From: the human T2T-CHM13v2.0 reference genome, Homo sapiens
DNA: 64,000 bases
Assembly: GCF_009914755.1 (NCBI RefSeq)
Contig: NC_060933.1
Strand: one strand, 5' to 3'
Of the stretch, positions 45,678 to 60,700 are shown piece after piece. Under the pieces are notes generated by a model, which had not been told where the DNA came from, did not search any database, and saw only the letters and a program-made list of their open reading frames with translations. Each line of letters opens with the position of its first letter. Position 1 is the stretch's first letter. A program made the translations under genes and the position numbers.

Positions 45678-46138
45678 ATCAACCGCCAAGTTTACTTCTC
45701 TACATCAATGTCTAACATGGGAATCTCGCACTTTACACATCTTAAAAAATTCTTAATTTCTTTTCACTATCCTGCATTTTTCTTTCTTCTTCACAATAAC
45801 TCACTTGGAGCTAAAAACTGGAATAATTCTTGATGCCTCTTTTTTTCCCTCAGACCTCACATACAATTCATCAGCAAATCCTATAGGATCTGTCATCAAA
45901 ATGTATCCTGCATCTGACCACTTTTCACCCCTTCCTCCTGCTGCAATCTGGTCAAAGCTACCTCCATCTCTTGCTTGGACCCCTACAATAGCCTTCTAAC
46001 TGCTTGCTCCATTCCATACAGTTGACCCTCTTTCCTGCAGTCACCACAGATGTTTTAATGTAAATCAGGCCATGCTGCTCTGTGTAGGATCCACCAAAGA
46101 CTTCTCGTGGCACTCACAATAAAATCCAGACTCCTTAC

Positions 46139-46528
46139 TATACTAGTCCATTCTCATTTCTATAAAGAAATACCTGAGACTGGGTAATTAATAAAGAAAA
46201 GAGGTTTAATTGGCTCACGGTTCTGCAGGCTTTACAGGAAGCATGATGATCTGCTCAGCTTCTGGGAAGGCCTCAGGAAACTTAACAATCATGGTGGAAG
46301 GTGAAAGGGAAGCAGGCATGTCTTAACATGACTGGAGTAGGAGCAAGAGAGAGGGGGAGGTGCCACACACTTTTAACCAGATCTCATGAGGACTTACTAT
46401 TGTGACACAGTACCAAGGGGAAAATTCACTCCCATGATCCAGTCACCTCCCACCAGGCTCCACCTTCAACACTGGGGATTACAATTTGACCTGAGATTTG
46501 GGCAGGAACACAGACCCAAACCATATCA
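46139..46528 (-). mobile_element. MSTA-like solo LTR
   Basis: 5-bp TSD cttac; ends caaaccatatca. Confidence 0.88.
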
Positions 46529-46568
46529 CTTACCACAGCAATAAGGCCCCACATGATGTGGTTCCTTG

Positions 46569-47011
46569 TGTCTTAGTTCATTTTGTGATTCTATAACAAA
46601 ATACCACAGACTGGGTAATTTTTAAGCAATAGAAATTTATTTCTCATGGTGCTGGAAATCGGGAAAGTCCAAGATCAAGGCACCAGCAGGTTTGGTCTCT
46701 GGTGAGAGCCTTGTCTACACTTCCAAAATAGTGCACTGAATGCCGCGTCCTCCAGAGGGAAGGAACACTGTTCCTCACATTTCACAAGAGTAGAAAAGGA
46801 GAGAGAAAGAGAAAGAGAGCGTGAGAGAGTTGAACTTACCCTTTTATAAGAACCCACTACCTCGATAACAGCATTAATCCATTCATGAGGACAGTCAGAG
46901 TCTGCATGGCCCAATAACCTCTTAATAATCCCATCTCTTCATGCTGGAGAATGAATGGCAATTAGAATTTCAGCATGAGTTTTGGAGTGGACAAACATTC
47001 AAATCATAGCA
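46569..47011 (-). mobile_element. MSTC/MSTD-like solo LTR
   Basis: tgtcttagttc...caaacattcaaatcatagca. Confidence 0.8.
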
Positions 47012-47499
47012 CCTGGCTACTCTCTGACCTCATTTCCCATCACTGTCCTCTTCCCTCATTATTTTTCAGCTACGTAGGCCTTTCTGCTTTTCCATTTTGA
47101 TGCCAAGCAAGCTTGCATTTCAGGACCTTTGTGCTTGTTTTTTCTTTTGTCTGGAATCTTCTGCCTTGTATCTTCCATGACTCCTTCCCTCACATCGTAA
47201 GGTTTCTTTCCCAAATGTAACCTCCTCTAGCAGCCTTCCCTGATTGCCCTATGTAAAACAACCAACATCTTCCTCCCCCCACCACTGCCTAATGGTCTCC
47301 ATTGTACTTGGTACTCCTGGCATTGTTTTATGTGTTGTGTTCTCTCTCTATTTATTTGTTCACTTGTTTATTGCCTGTCTCCACTGTTAGAATGTAAGTT
47401 CCATCAAGGCAGGACCTCTGACTTGATCATGACTCAATCCTCAGCCTTAGAACAGTGTCTGGCATATACAAGTAGGCACAGAAATATTTTTTATTGAAC

Positions 47500-48226
47500 A
47501 AAGAGCTTAGAGAAATATTTGACATGTTTACATTAAAGTCAGAATGGTAACTCTGTCTTTTCAAAGAAAGTCCTGATCGTGACACTTGTTAAAAGCAGGA
47601 ATTGAGAAATCACACATTAATGAATTAAGAAGTATTTGTGCTATCAAAATTACGTGGTGTTTCAGAGAAGTTTAATGCTATTGAAACATTACTAATGGTA
47701 TGGCTGATGTAATTTTTGCTGATGTACAGTTCTGTGGGTTGAACTCCAAGACACAGTGTTGTTCTTATGATGTCTTCTTTTTGTTTTGTTTTGTTTTGTA
47801 TTTTTGGCAAGGAAGAGGCGATTTCAGTAATCCAAATGCCGAAATGTAAATTCTAGCCCTGATCAAGATAGACATGAAAATGGGGCTGTGATGAGACCAG
47901 GTACTTGGTCAAATACTAACAGCCTTACTAATAAATAGCAAAGAGAGCTAGACAATATCCAAAATATACGTGTCATGGAAAATGTAGTTGTTTAGAGCTC
48001 ATCTCATGGTTTAGATATCTAGATAGATCACAAGTTCAAAATTTCAGCACAAAAAATAGATGCCATTACAATGAAGTTTGGTACATTGCAAAGTTTTCCC
48101 AGTATGAAAAGAGCTTAAGTGATCCAAGATGTATCATTTTTTAAGGCCAAACTTCCAGGTTTGCAATATCAGTGTATAAGTAGAGACATATTCACCTCCT
48201 TTCCTTTTTCCCACAATGAAGATTAT
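47500..48226 (-). pseudogene. Possible decayed exon or exons
   Basis: Non-repeat island; gtttctaaag|AT acceptor; track ORF 47625-47810 on the minus strand. Weak. Confidence 0.3.
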
Positions 48227-48248
48227 CTTTAGAAACACTGACTCAGGC

Positions 48249-48550
48249 TGGCTAGGTGCAGTGGCTCACGCCTGTAATCCTAGCACTTTGGGAGGCCGAG
48301 GCAGGCAGATCGCTTGACCCCAGCCTGGACAACATAGCAAACCCCATATTTACCAAAAATATAAAAAATTAGCAGGGTGTGGTGGTGCAGACCTGTAGTC
48401 CCAGATACTCAGGAGGCAGGCTGAAGTGGGAGGATCACTTGAGCCCATGAAGTCAAGGCTGCAGTGAGCCATGACTGTTCCATTGCACTTCAGCCTGAGC
48501 AATGAGAGTGAGACTGTGTCTCAAAAAATAAAAATAAATAAAAATAAAAA
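48249..48550 (+). mobile_element. AluJ with a small internal deletion
   Basis: Alu dimer lacking the gagttcgagacc segment. Confidence 0.88.
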
Positions 48551-48704
48551 CACTTACTCTACCAGGCCAATAATGAGTTAACTTCCTTGCACTATAGAAT
48601 ATGGCATATTGATTATGAAGAAAGGCAGTGCAATGTGGTGTGCCCTTTTCCATCTGATATCTTAGGTTTCCAAACTTTCAAAACCATCATATCAGCTCAC
48701 ATAA

Positions 48705-49062
<358 letters not shown>

Positions 49063-49475
49063 GCCAACTGGAGACTTTTTAAGTAACGTAAATATCACTT
49101 AATTTATGAAAGAAATGTTTATTCTAATTTAGAGTGGTTTAATCAAGCAAATCAAGTTCGACTGCCTCGAAAGAAAAGAAACAGAATGTAATAATTTTTT
49201 TAAACTTTTGAATATAAAAATATTTACTGTTTACTAAAAAGAGACTTTTTTGAACTCCAGTCAAGTATGGAAGTATGCTGTGAATTAAAAATCTGATCTG
49301 ATAAAATAACACAAAAATATTTTAGCAGGAATTTTGGTCCTAATGCCTACGAGATGGCTGTAAATCTGCCTGTAATACAAAGCTCTCTCTCGTTTGAAAA
49401 CTTCAGAGAGCCAACTATTTGGGTATTAAAAACTCCTGCCCAGATTACTGTTAATGTTAATCCTGATGGAATTAC

Positions 49476-49565
49476 TTAATAATTGTGATTTTTCTTCCTT
49501 TTAGAATGTCATAGCTGTGTGACTTATATTGTATGTCTCCACTCGGATTGAATTTCTGGCTTCTT
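49476..49565 (-). pseudogene. 90-nt symmetric pseudo-exon
   Basis: tatacaacag|AA...TAA|gtaatt; phase-2 frame open (RSQKFNPSGDIQYKSHSYDILKGRKITII). Confidence 0.5.
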
Positions 49566-49861
49566 CTGTTGTATACATGGATAGAAAACATGTTTTTTTT
49601 TTTTTTTCTCATGAAGGTGGGTTTAGTTCTAGTTGAATGGACATTATAAAAGAATTCTTTATTTTTAATTAATGTCAGTGTTACATCTATACCTTTACAA
49701 AAATCTGAGATTTTATTTAGATATAGAAATGGCAATCTTTTTAAGATTTTTAAAAAAATTTGTATTGACTAGAAACAGACTCAGTTCAAATCATCAAAGC
49801 TTTAGTTAACAAAGTGGTTAAAGACCTAGAGGTGTCTAAGAACTTTCTAAATTGTACTCAC

Positions 49862-49924
49862 ACCACACAATAGCAGTTGTTCTTGAAGAGGTGAAAGTGA
49901 TAAAGTATTCCAGGAACCAACAGG
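49862..49924 (-). pseudogene. 63-nt symmetric pseudo-exon
   Basis: atttcgtcag|CC...GGT|gtgagt. Confidence 0.5.
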
Positions 49925-50060
49925 CTGACGAAATGTCCACAAACAGACCAAAAGGATATTATGAGCCATTCTCCCCCGTCACCTCCCCACTCCCACGTAC
50001 TTCACAGATGGACAAAGAGCTAGTTTTCATTGTACCCTGCTATTCGTAATAAAATATTAC

Positions 50061-50092
50061 CTCTGTACCTCTTCTTTAGGTCACAGGTTACC
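50061..50092 (-). pseudogene. 32-nt pseudo-exon: GNL*PKEEVQ
   Basis: attaacttgcag|G...GAG|gtaata; phase 0-2 links its neighbours. Confidence 0.45.
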
Positions 50093-51245
50093 CTGCAAGT
50101 TAATAATCACATTAAATATGTTCAGTTATGAAGAGGTACAACAACAGTGATTCACAGCGATCAAAGGGAATCACTGCATTCAAATACCTGAGAGCCTCTG
50201 TGCTTCCCTCCTATTTTATCATTAATCTTCATATTCCCATGAGGGGCTAGAATCTATAACTCCATTTGACTCATAAAGGCACTGACACAAAAAAAGAGCT
50301 GAAGATTCTTAAAATGTCACAAAAGAAGTTCAGGTGGGAAAGTGGCTACAGATTCTAGGTTTATAGACTCCTTAATATTGCTAAGTCCACAATGGTGCAA
50401 GCCATTGAACTTATTTAAAATAAAATATCTTTATCTAAGTGGAACAGAACAGTCACCCTGAGCTTGTGTTGGCCTCTTTTAGGAGAAGAAATGTTATTTT
50501 TTCCTATTTTTTGCAGGGGACCTGGAAAGCCTTCTAGTGAAATTTACTTCTTAATTATGTAAAATATTCATTTTTGGAATTAAAATTTGCATAGTCGGTC
50601 AACTTAGCAAGCAGTTTTACTTGTTTAACTGCCACTGTATATACTTGTCATTATTTGAGCTGTCATTCTCATCTAGTGACCAATTCTACTTGCCTCAGTA
50701 CATAAAGCACTAGCAGCTCCTCCAATAATTCCTTTTAAATAATTTTTGAGCTCAAAACCTTTTGTTGATGCTCTATTGCAAAATGCCAAGTCTGAACTAA
50801 TAAACTTGGCTGTCAGGGCTCTCCACTAACTTTTTTTCACTACCCTTCACACTCATTCATTAATTTGTTGAACTAATATTCATGGACTTCCTGTGTATAC
50901 CAGGTACTGTGTTAGTCCACTGTTATTCAAAGCCACGTAAACTGTCATCTTCCATCTCTTGAGAAACTCCCACTTTAGTAAATGGAGACACACATGTAAA
51001 TAAATGTTTACAAGTGGTAGAGCCTTTCACAACGCCGTTTCCCACTTACGGCTCAGCCTCTTCCTGAAAGTTGTAGTCTTTGGATGGTAGATAGGTAGTT
51101 AAAGGGAATCAGACTGTTCTATTTTTCCTTGCACAGAAAATAACAATCACTTGGAGCAAGGATAATTCCTCAGTTTTGTGATTGGAGTAGGCTTTAGAGG
51201 TTACCCCAGGGACTGACAGTGAAAACAGACAAATAGTTCTCTTAC

Positions 51246-52226
51246 GGACTTCTAGACAGGCATAGCATGAGGCTTTTTCCATGTAGCACCATCAGTCTTA
51301 ACATTTGGTAGAAATTCTTTTCAAGTTCTGGAAATAACTTGACTAATAGTGCTGATTTCACCATAGTTGGTTTTTGTGTTTTTTTCTTCTGAATCATTGT
51401 AGGTATTTTAGAGTAAAGTTTGGGAAATCTTTTTCAGGGATCCATGCCAGCCGTATTAAAAGACCACTATTTGGTTTGGCCAGTGCAGTTTTAAAAACTT
51501 CCTTCAGACTGGACATTGATTCTCCATTTTGCCATAGTTCCACTTTCCTTCCATCTTGTACATGACTTACTCATCTATCTGCCTGCCCATTGATACTATC
51601 AATGTTTACAATTTTTATTTTATAGGCATAACAAAAATGGAAAAAAATATCATCTGGACTGGTATTATGATACTTTTAGGTATTTTAAACATTTCCATCT
51701 TACAATCAGTAGGAACCAACAATAAATTCACATAGAGAAATTTTAATGATCCTGGCATTTTTCATTCATTCCTAAGTACAGGGAGGGAACTTTCCCAGTA
51801 CCTGAAAAGTCTGTCTTTAGTCCATGAATGAGAGAAAGGAATGTGAGGCCTTACAGAATTGATGTTTGAAAGGACTAGAAAATGCAAGCTATAAAGAGTG
51901 ACATGTAATGGGAATCCTGCCAAGTAATAAAACATTTGCCTTTCAAGCCAGGCACTGGGTCCAAATCAACGAGCTGAATTCTTCATGGTTCAGATCGTCT
52001 TCATTTTCTCTGTAACTCTCCATCTTGCTTGTCAACTCATGTTTTCCAAACATTTAGAAACTGGAATGTAATCCCCTGAAGTGAGGGATTTCCTCTGGGC
52101 AGCCACCCTGATCTTGGAAAGAAAAAAGATTTCAGATTCCACACCCTTTTCTTGGAAAGTCCATTTCAGATTCCTTTCTGATAGCTCAGGGGAATGCAAA
52201 TGACGTTAGGGAAGACCTAAACCTTC
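51246..52226 (-). pseudogene. 981-nt pseudo-exon (RHLHSPELSERNLKWTFQEKGVESEIFFLSK...DGRKVELWQNGESMSSLKEVFKTALAKPNSGLLIRLAWIPEKDFP)
   Basis: gacag|GAA...TCC|gtaaga; length 327x3; long stop-poor stretches with internal frameshifts. Confidence 0.6.
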
Positions 52227-53422
52227 CTGTCATTCAGCGGAATCCAAAACAGTGAACCCTTCTATTCTCTTTTGGGTACATTCACATTAGATTGAAATAT
52301 TTTGGGAGGTTTAGAAAAATCTGTGATCTATATTGATCACATAATCCATTTTATTCACTTTTTATTCGTTTTATTTTTAAAACATTAAAGCAGAGAAGGG
52401 AGGTTCTTAGATGTTGTTCAAAAACACACAAAGATTGGGATTTATAGATATTAGACAGGAGCTGGGAATAGGCACTTTTAACAAGCATCCCTGGTGATTC
52501 TGATGCCGATGGTCAAAGGACCACACACTGACAAACACTAAGAATTTAATTTAATTACACCTGAAATACGTCTGCAGACTTTCCACTGTGAACTTTTCAT
52601 TATTCTTGATTATGAGGGAATTGGATAATGTAAATCTTCTAATAATTGAGAACTTTTCACTTTGTCATTGACTCAAAAATTCCCCCAAATCTCAACACAC
52701 TGACAGAAAGGATTCTTCACTAGAACAAGGAAGAGAAGAAAACATCATTGATTATCAGTCCATGAACTGGATAATCAAGTTTACTGTTGAACTCAAATTA
52801 GAGCTCCTCTTTGAGTGTGAGTGTTGGTTTCAAACATACAGAGACTCATAAGAGAAAATTCAGTTTATTGAAATGTGACTTAATCGAGGATTTCCTCAAT
52901 GGAAAAAGGAGACAGGAAAATAATTGGGAATGTGAGCTTGTTATAAATTTAGGAGGACAACAGCAAGGAATGTTACCTGTAATGAAACTTGAGAGATATA
53001 GTGGATTATATAAAATCATTAGAAAGATGTAAATATATAGTTGCCAAATTGGCCAGAGTATCTGAAGCTCATATAGTTCTATGAAACATATCATTCCATG
53101 CTTAGTAAAACTTCTTCCTAGGTGTATGTATTTTAAACATATATAAATATTTCCCTTATCAAGGTCATAAAGGCTGGAGTTTTGAATCTATGTGATGTTA
53201 ATATGGCATGCGTTATAATTAATAAGCATTTCTTTGGAGATACTGCTCAGTTTATGTATTGATTTTGTTTGAGATCTTAAGGACTAAGTTCAAAAGGAAA
53301 ATTGACTCAAAATAAAATGTATTTGGAAATATTTAGGAAGGGGCAAATGTTGCATAAATGAGAAAATTCCTGAAATAATTTACAACTTTTACTCTTTTAT
53401 AAAGTATCCCTATAAGCCTCAC

Positions 53423-53696
53423 ACTTTATTTTCTTAAGCCTAGAATTCACTTAAGATGAATGTTAGTAAAGCGCTTTATAATTTCTGATAAGACTGTTTT
53501 AGACTTTGAAAAGACTCCAAATTTTGTTCCATCAATGACTTAAGTAATATGGCCTTGTTTGCACAGCCAACACCATAATTTGCACATGTAGCTCGATAAA
53601 TACATTTATGTACTCTAAGTAGCAGTATCTCAGGCACAAGGGTTTCAGGGAGGCTCTGTTTGCCCTGTATGTTTGCTCACAAATTTCTTTTTTACC
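53423..53696 (-). pseudogene. 274-nt pseudo-exon (ANIQGKQSLPETLVPEILLLRVHKCIYRATCANYGVGCANKAILLKSLMEQNLESFQSLKQSYQKL)
   Basis: cctgtttccgtccccttccacaag|G acceptor; AGT|gtgagg donor. Confidence 0.6.
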
Positions 53697-54349
53697 CTTG
53701 TGGAAGGGGACGGAAACAGGCACAAACAACATTTATTCCCAAAGTAAAGTTTTTACGTATTATAGTGAATAGCAGGTGAATTCTAATATGTTCCTTCTCT
53801 ATAGTTTATTTTCACATAGTGGCACATAATGTGAAAAGCATAAAAGCAAAAATGAAATTGACACTATTTTTTTCCTGTTTTTCCCCCTCTAGCATAATGG
53901 CATTTAGAATTGGCATTTATCACATTTCTGTGGCTTACTTTTGAATTAATTCACTTTCTTATACAACTAAAAGATTATAGCTAGTCTTTATCTTCTAAGG
54001 TTTAACATCTTTTTGAGTTCTTGTGCTTCTCCCCTCTCTCAATTTCTCCTTTCCTTCTTCCATTCCTCTCTTCTTTCAACGAATATGAATAAGTACCTAT
54101 TATGTGCCAGGCACTGTCTGAGTACTGGGAAGACAAGGGTGAGAAGAGGTAATTCTTGCTGTCATGGGGCTTACAGCCTAGTACGAGAAATTATACCATT
54201 ACATTACATCATGTGATGGTCACTATAACAGCGACAGCCTAAGAGGAGAAGTACAAGTTGAGTGGAGGCACTTGGGAAGATGCCTAACCTAGTCTTGTTG
54301 GGGAGAGGAGGTCAAATAAGGCTTCCTCAAGAATCTCCCTTAGGCTGTT

Positions 54350-54484
54350 GCTAATGTATGACAATGTCTGTCTTTTAACTCCAGATAACTCTTTATAGAA
54401 ATATTCAGTTTTCTGATGTTCTGTTGACTTTCTGAAAGGATTTTTCACATATTTCCAACTGCCATGCTGTTGGCTAAAGTTCAC
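54350..54484 (-). pseudogene. Pseudo-exon, donor not identified
   Basis: ttttacataaaatag|GT acceptor; protein-like frames (KILSESQQNIRKLNISIKSYLELK or VNFSQQHGSWKYVKNPFRK). Confidence 0.4.
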
Positions 54485-54805
54485 CTATTTATGTAAAACA
54501 GCTATTATGCTATGCCATCAAGATTTGGGGATTTATCCATTAACAGCCGTTACTATTACCCATGCCTAACCAATATGCCTCTTGAACCTGACTCAAGCCA
54601 GCTGTGGGATCTCAACACCACATCCCTGAGGCTGAACCCAGTGGAAATCCCAGATGAAGGCTGTGAAGATGCTCTTCTCTTCCCTCATTATGTGGCCCTT
54701 GATCAAGGTAACAATTTGCATGCCCTATATACAAATAGGCTGCCCCTGTTATAGCACCCATCACACAATGTAATGTAGTGGTGTATGTACTATAACTTGC
54801 CTCAC

Positions 54806-54863
54806 CTTCAATTCTGAATTTCCTCTTCTGTTTCCTTTTATGTCTTGTCTTCTTTTTGAAAAA
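54806..54863 (-). pseudogene. 58-nt purine-rich pseudo-exon
   Basis: cttttctctttaaattgcacatttaag|...GAAG|gtgagg. Confidence 0.55.
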
Positions 54864-55487
54864 CTTAAATGTGCAATTTAAAGAGAAAAGTACATTTTCA
54901 TGAAATATTGCTACAAGAGGTGGATATAATAATTGATGAAGGAAATTATAGTTTTCTAGATACAAGAATGCCTAGAGATATAATAAATGCCAAATTATAG
55001 TTTCCTTTATCAATTATTTACTGTATCATTTTTTGCTATATAACTCCATGCTAATAAACCTAAGGGCATACATGATAAAATCTATATGAGGCCAGATTAA
55101 AAAAAAAAACAACTGTGAAACTTTCCCGATTTTCGTCAAGGCTATAGTGCTTCATGCATGCAACTATGGTCTGATCTCCCCCCACCTAGTTTGGCACTGT
55201 AATTTATCAGGTTTCATGACTCTTTGAAAGCTGAGTGCCATATCTGTAGCTGTAGATTTTTATTATTTTTATTGGATGTGCATTTGTACTAACTTCATCT
55301 CTGGCTTCAATATGGCCATTTTAAGGCCATATTATTGTTTTTCTTTCTCATCCATTTTTTTTTCTAAAAGGAAATATCTTCATTGCTTTATTCAGTTACA
55401 AAGTTAATTTGTGCTGCAAGAAACAACATTCAAATGATATTAAAAATTAAAGAAGAACCTGAAATATCCCAATAATCTCACACTGAC

Positions 55488-56445
<958 letters not shown>

Positions 56446-56584
56446 CTTTCAGAATGAACCAAACAGAGATATAATAAATGTTACCACCTATGTAGCTGCT
56501 TATACAGAAACTGAGGATGATAGTTCAAAACAGGCCCGCTTTCCTTTTGTTTGAACACTGATTTCAAATAAAAAATAAAAGTTG

Positions 56585-57009
<425 letters not shown>

Positions 57010-58499
57010 CTGAGAGCAGAGAGAACATGAACTGCCATTGTACTGGATGATGTAATAACAAAACAAAATACACAGAATATTTTGATTTCAGAATGGCATG
57101 CATATATATGTATATATATATACCCTATAAAATAAGTTGAATTAGCTGGCTAACACCTACCTACTAAACCACTACTACTTTCTCTATCATATTTTAGATT
57201 ATGTCTTAGAAACTGCATATCAGCACTTTATAGAAGTAAAGGTTCTGATCATTGAAATATTCTGACTTTGGCTTCAGGAAGCTGGGCATAAATACAGAAT
57301 CAGTGTTTATTCCTCACAGTACTCATCAATGTGGTTTGCATTAGAATAAATGTTCAGTGCAGTTCATCAAACATTTATTGAGTGCCTACAGTGTGGTAGG
57401 TACTGAGGAAAAATGGCCGGAACAGAATACTCTGCTCTCAAAGGGCATATATTACAATAGAGAACAAACATTTTGGAGATATAAATTTCTTTCATAAATG
57501 TATTTTGTGAAACTTAATTGTGTGTATTTTGAAAAAAAACAAGGATCATATACTTTACTTCTTTTACATGTTTTCATAATGGCTAACGTAAAATGGAAAC
57601 TGAATATTTTTGTTGACAGACTAGTTGAAGTATGGAAAACTTGTTGCCCATTCAGGTAAACAGTTTCTGAGGTCTCCAGAGAAAAGAAACAGAATTCATA
57701 AGTCTGTTTTTAAATGTAATTTTTTGGTTCCTTTCTAATCTCTGTTGTCCTTTGCTGTATTATTTGAACAAATACATCAACACATGGAGAAAGAATGACA
57801 ATTTTTTTAAAAGGTTATTATTATATAAGATTTTCTGTGTGATAAAACCACACCCAATGGGCCTCACACAGACGAGCTTATATATGTTATTAGATTCAGG
57901 AATGTGAAGTGTGTTAGATTCTGTCCCTGTTGGGCTGTCATATGACGCAAACAGTGACTCTGAAATGAAGCCATAATATATGGTTTAACCTCTTAACAGT
58001 TTGTGATGTCATTTTTTCTGTGGTAAGAAAAACAAATGCTGTCACATTTTATATTTGAGACTCCCGCAAGCCAACATCAAGGGATTAAGTATGCACATGA
58101 CGAACACACTATCGTGAATGCAGTCTGACTGATGCCAGGGGATCACTGTGAGCGCAAACCGTCCTCTGGGACTCAGTGTTATAGGATGGAAAGATAAGCC
58201 TGCTGATAAGTTACAACCCTCCTGAGACACTGTGTTTTCCCCTTATAAGGAAGCAGAGGCAATTTAAAATATTTTGATCTGGATGTTAATTCATACAACT
58301 ATGTTTATCTAGTATCAGCTAAACTTTATGCTTATAATTTAAGAACCTAGAAATACAGTAGCTAAAGAAAACCCTGTAGGTTCATTTAAAAGAATTAGAA
58401 CAGACATTACATTGGGGCAAGGAGTAAGTGGAACTGCTGGTTTCCAGAGTTTACTTTCTTGAAATATGGTTTTGAGTCATTTCTGCGAGATATAAACAT

Positions 58500-58738
58500 A
58501 CTACTTTATGTTTCCTATCATTTTTTTATTATGCACATAATTTAACAGTTTGTAATAGTTGAAGCCACATGTCTCTGTGGACTTGTTTATTATTGAAATG
58601 GCTTCACTCAAGGAGGAGACTTTTAACTGTATAATTCAGGTATGTATATTTTCTTTGAACAAAGTGTGTGACATTCAACTTGTCAAAAATGAACATTTTG
58701 CTTGACTGAACAGCTTTGCTCTGTGTTTTCCTTGTCTG
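58500..58738 (-). pseudogene. Pseudo-exon: ADKENTEQSCSVKQNVHF*QVECHTLCSKK..., donor uncertain
   Basis: cctttctttgcctcag|CAG NAGNAG acceptor. Confidence 0.45.
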
Positions 58739-59369
58739 CTGAGGCAAAGAAAGGCTGACAAGAGGGCACATCCAGTGAAAGATCAAGAGGGGAATGAAGC
58801 AGGATTTGAGTCAACTATCAGAAAATTCCATTCTTGCTGAACATTTTATAATAAACACAATATACTCATTAGAACAATTTAGATAAACCTGAACTCTGGG
58901 TAACAGAATGAGCATCTCCTCCCTTCCCCTGCTGCTATGTATTTATGAAAAAATAATTTGTATTGTGGTGGACTTTCTGTATTATTTTCATTATTGTTGT
59001 TTTCTTATTGGAGATACTTTGAGATTATGATGGGTAATATAATTGACTCTAAACCAAACTTCATTTCTTAAAAGAAGGAAGAGTTGTTGCTACAACCTTG
59101 AAATTCAAGAACTCTACATAGGCTGATGGATTTTTTACATTGGGGGTTTGCCTAGGAGTTTACATGATTAGTCAGTCTCTCACTCTATTAGTGGATTCTG
59201 TCCATTCATTTAGTCGGTCAATCATTTTTTGGAATATCCCCCATGTTGGAGGACTACCATAGGTACTGGGATAAAGGTTAATAGTCTGTCATGCTTATCT
59301 TCTAGGTGCTTGCTATTTGTGTCTTGCCTAATGGTTAAGTTTCCAGCCCATTGAAAGGTGTGAAGTACT

Positions 59370-60700
59370 AATTCACCCATTTATTAATTCAACAAATTTC
59401 AATTTTGTCAAACATGTGCTAGGCATTTGGATGCAGTAGGCATTGGCCCCACAATGATGAATTGCTCTTGTAGAATTTACAACCTAGTGGGAGAAGAAAG
59501 GACACATTTTGGTTACTTCGGTTAATAAAAGAGTAATCACAAATTAAAATCAATTCTTTGAAGGAAAAGAATACAGATATATCCATGCATGTAAACAAGA
59601 AATCCAACCCATATATGGGAGAGGCTCAGTAATGAGTTAATCATTGAAGGAGATCCAGAGGGAAAGGGACACCATCTTCAAAAATGTGTTCCTAGAAGTA
59701 GCATGCCAGTGTCAGATGGACAGCCAAGAAAGTAGAATGTTTCAAGAAGGAACAATCAACCATGTCATGAGGTTTTGTGAGGACAAAGAGAGGACTGACC
59801 AATGTCCATTGGATGTTACAGCATGGAGGTTATTGGTGACTAGAGTAGCTTCAATTTTCATAGAGTGATGGTGGCCGAATTCTGACTGGAATGGATTGAG
59901 GATTAAATAGACACAGAGGAAAGCAATAGGGAATATAAACAAAACCTTTAAGAAATGTAGTTATGATGGGAAGAAGATATGGGTTCATTGAAGGAGAGTT
60001 CATGTCCTTATTTATACATGGGAGAGGCTTGGGCATGTTTGAATATTAAAAGGTAGGATACAGTTTACAGGGAGTTATTGAATACACAGTACAGAGATGG
60101 AAAAATGAATACATTTTTTTACTAGTTGAAAGCAAGAGAAGATCAGACCCAGAACACTGGAGATGGACTAGCCTTAGAGAGAAGACAGAAGGGAAGTACG
60201 GTATGGATAGAAGTAGATTTGGTGCAAAAGGGTAGAAGTAGAAATTGCTCCCATTCAACTAATTTGATTTTCTCTGAAAAGTTGGAGCTCTGCATGTCTG
60301 TTGAAAAGGAGCAGCGTGAAGGAGGAGTTGGAGGTTTGGAGAAACTGGGGAATGTTTGAAATAGTCATTGTAGAGAGTAGGATGGTATGAGAGTGAATAG
60401 ACGGAGAAATATAGGAAGACTGAGGGGCAGTGTTGCAAGTCCATCTGAAGCTGGTGAAGGTGGTGTTCTGATACTTACCTGTCCTATTCTGTGGCTTTCC
60501 CCTGCAGTGCTTGTTCCTGGAGGGTGGGCACTGAGAAAGCAGGTAACTGAGATCATTTTGAGTTGAAGAGTGAAGACCAAAGGGCAGGAGAGTGTAGGGT
60601 TATGAAAAGAGTGTTATTGAAATGATGAGCTCTGGAAAGAAAAGTATGCTGGATAAAAAGAGGATAGGAAGAAGAGTGAGAGTTGAAGAAAGCATTGGGA
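59370..60700 (-). mobile_element. L2 LINE fragments
   Basis: Purine-rich L2 antisense motifs (catggaggttattggtgact, ttttctctgaaaag). Confidence 0.65.

Larger units (their letters stand above)
45680..47500 (+). mobile_element. L2 3' region interrupted by two MST LTRs
   Basis: L2 motifs flank and bridge the LTRs; ends gaatgtaagttccatcaaggcagg...ttattgaa. Confidence 0.75.
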
